Origin: Tubiluchus corallicola
Taxonomy: Eukaryota > Animalia > Priapulida
Length of the DNA: 64,000 nucleotides
Reading direction: 5' to 3'
Assembly: GCA_030141605.1 (NCBI GenBank)
Contig: JAQGDQ010000426.1
Location: 135,798 to 199,797, forward strand
The notes below the pieces were generated by a model. That model was not told the DNA's origin. It was given only the letters and a program-made list of their open reading frames with translations, and did no database searches. Positions 62,251 through 64,000 of the stretch are shown piece after piece. The first letter of the stretch is position 1; each line of letters starts with the position of its first letter. Both the position numbers and the translations under genes were made by a program.

Positions 62251-63956
62251 ATTAATCTCACATCACTAACTAATGCAGTAGTTAAGCAGTAGGCTTCTGT
62301 CACAATCAAGTTCCTAATTCACTTCCTCACTTTTTACATTAATCTCACATCACTAACTAATGCAGTAGTTAAGCAGTTGGCTTCTGTCACAATCAAGTTC
62401 CTAATTCACTTCCTCACTTTTTACATTAATCTCACATTACCAACTAATGCAGTAGTTAAGCAGTTGGCTTCTGTCACAATCAAGTTCCTAATTCACTTCC
62501 TCACTTTTTACATTAATCTCACGTTACTAACTAATGCAGTAGTTAGGCAGTATGCTTCTGTCACAGTCAAGTTCCTAATTCGCTTCCTCACTTTTTACAT
62601 TAATCTCACATTACTAACTAATGCAGTAGTTAAGCAGTAGGCTTCTCTCACAATCAAGTTCCTAATTCACTTCCTCACTTTTTACATTAATCTCACATTA
62701 CTAACTAATGCAGTAGTTAAGCAGTATGCTTCTGTCACAATCAAGTTCCTAATTCACTTCCTCACTTTTTGCATTAATCTCACATCACTAACTAATGCAG
62801 TAGTTAAGCAGTAGGCTTCTGTCACAATCAAGTTCATAATTCGCTTATTCACTTTTTGCATTAATCTCACATCACTAACTAATGCAGTAGTTAAGCAGTA
62901 GGCTTCTGTCACAATCAAGTTCATAATTCGCTTATTCACTTTTTACATTAATCTCACATTACTAACTAATGCAGTAGTTAAGCAGTAGGCTTCTGTCAGA
63001 ATCAAGTTCCTAATTCGCTTCCTCACTTTTTACATTAATCTCACATTATTAACTAATGCAGTAGTTAAGCAGTAGGCTTCTGTCACAATCAAGTTCCTAA
63101 TTCACTTCCTCACGTTTTACATTAATCTCACATTACTAACTAATGCAGTAGTTAAGCAGTAGGCTTCTCTCACAATCAAGTTCCTAATTCACTTCCTCAC
63201 TTTTTACATTAATCTCACATTCCTAACTAATGCAGTAGTTAAGCAGTAGGCTTCTCTCATAATCAAGTTCCTAATTCGCTTCCTCACTTTTTACATTAAT
63301 CTCACATCACTAACTAATGCAGTAGTTAAGCAGTATGCTTCTGTCACAATCAAGTTCCTAATTCGCTTCCTCACTTTTTACATTAATCTCACACTACTAA
63401 CTAATGCAGTAGTTAAGCAGTAGGCTTCTCTCACAATCAAGTTCCTAATTCACTTCCTCACTTTTTACATTAATCTCACATCACTAACTAATGCAGTAGT
63501 TAAGCAGTATGCTTCTGTCACAATCAAGTTCCTAATTCGCTTCCTCACTTTTTACATTAATCTCACATCACTAACTAATGCAGTAGTTAAGCAGTATGCT
63601 TCTGTCACAATCAAGTTCCTAATTCACTTCCTCACTTTTTACATTAATCTCACATTACTAACTAATGCAGTAGTTAAGCAGTAGGCTTCTGTCACAATCA
63701 AGTTCATAATTCGCTTATTCACTTTTTACATTAATCTCACATTACTAACTAATGCAGTAGTTAAGCAGTAGGCTTCTCTCACAATCAAGTTCCTAATTCA
63801 CTTCCTCACTTTTTACATTAATCTCACATCACTAACTAATGCAGTAGTTAAGCAGTAGGCTTCTGTCACAATCAAGTTCCTAATTCGCTTCCTCACTTTT
63901 TACATTAATCTCACATTACCAACTAATGCAGTAGTTAGTGATGTGAGATTAATGTA
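62251..63956. repeat. 87-bp satellite array, ~19 copies, ending in an inverted partial unit
   Basis: Unit ATTAATCTCACATCACTAACTAATGCAGTAGTTAAGCAGTAGGCTTCTGTCACAATCAAGTTCCTAATTCACTTCCTCACTTTTTAC. Confidence 0.97.
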
Positions 63957-64000
63957 GCAAATACGTAACTGAACGAAGTGTTAGTTACGTATTGCTAGGG

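Noticed and set aside
62377-62939. 29-aa repeat ORFs in the 87-bp satellite
   Set aside because: Unit length is a multiple of three by chance; frequent in-frame stops in other units.

Overview
AT-rich, intron-containing, repeat-dense genomic DNA from an invertebrate animal (inferred from an arginine-kinase-type CPTNLGT motif and GT-AG introns). I can assemble three protein-coding genes by hand. (1) The last two exons of a phosphagen (arginine) kinase on + (2426-3501). (2) A two-exon gene on - (12928-7626) encoding a ~1218-aa signal-peptide protein made almost entirely of thrombospondin-type-3-like DxDxDGxPD Ca2+-loop repeats. (3) Directly upstream of it, a complete 10-coding-exon aspartyl/asparaginyl beta-hydroxylase (ASPH) gene on - (30827-16715, ~1380 aa), whose luminal region is a 2.8-kb exon carrying 22 x 38-aa repeats of the same DxDxDG type. 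Genes 2 and 3 share the same exon-1/exon-2 architecture, which suggests a linked hydroxylase plus acidic Ca-binding protein module. A second highlight is a four-copy family of short RTE-derived retroelements: the three copies with intact 5' ends start exactly at the cleavage site of a twister-ribozyme-like fold, and one is a 161-bp ribozyme-head-plus-tail mini element. The remainder holds hAT, Tc1 and pogo MITEs and remnants, LINE 3' ends, an orphan SLC5A-like exon, a decayed ORF split by insertions, and many micro- and minisatellites. All calls were made by eye; no searches were run.
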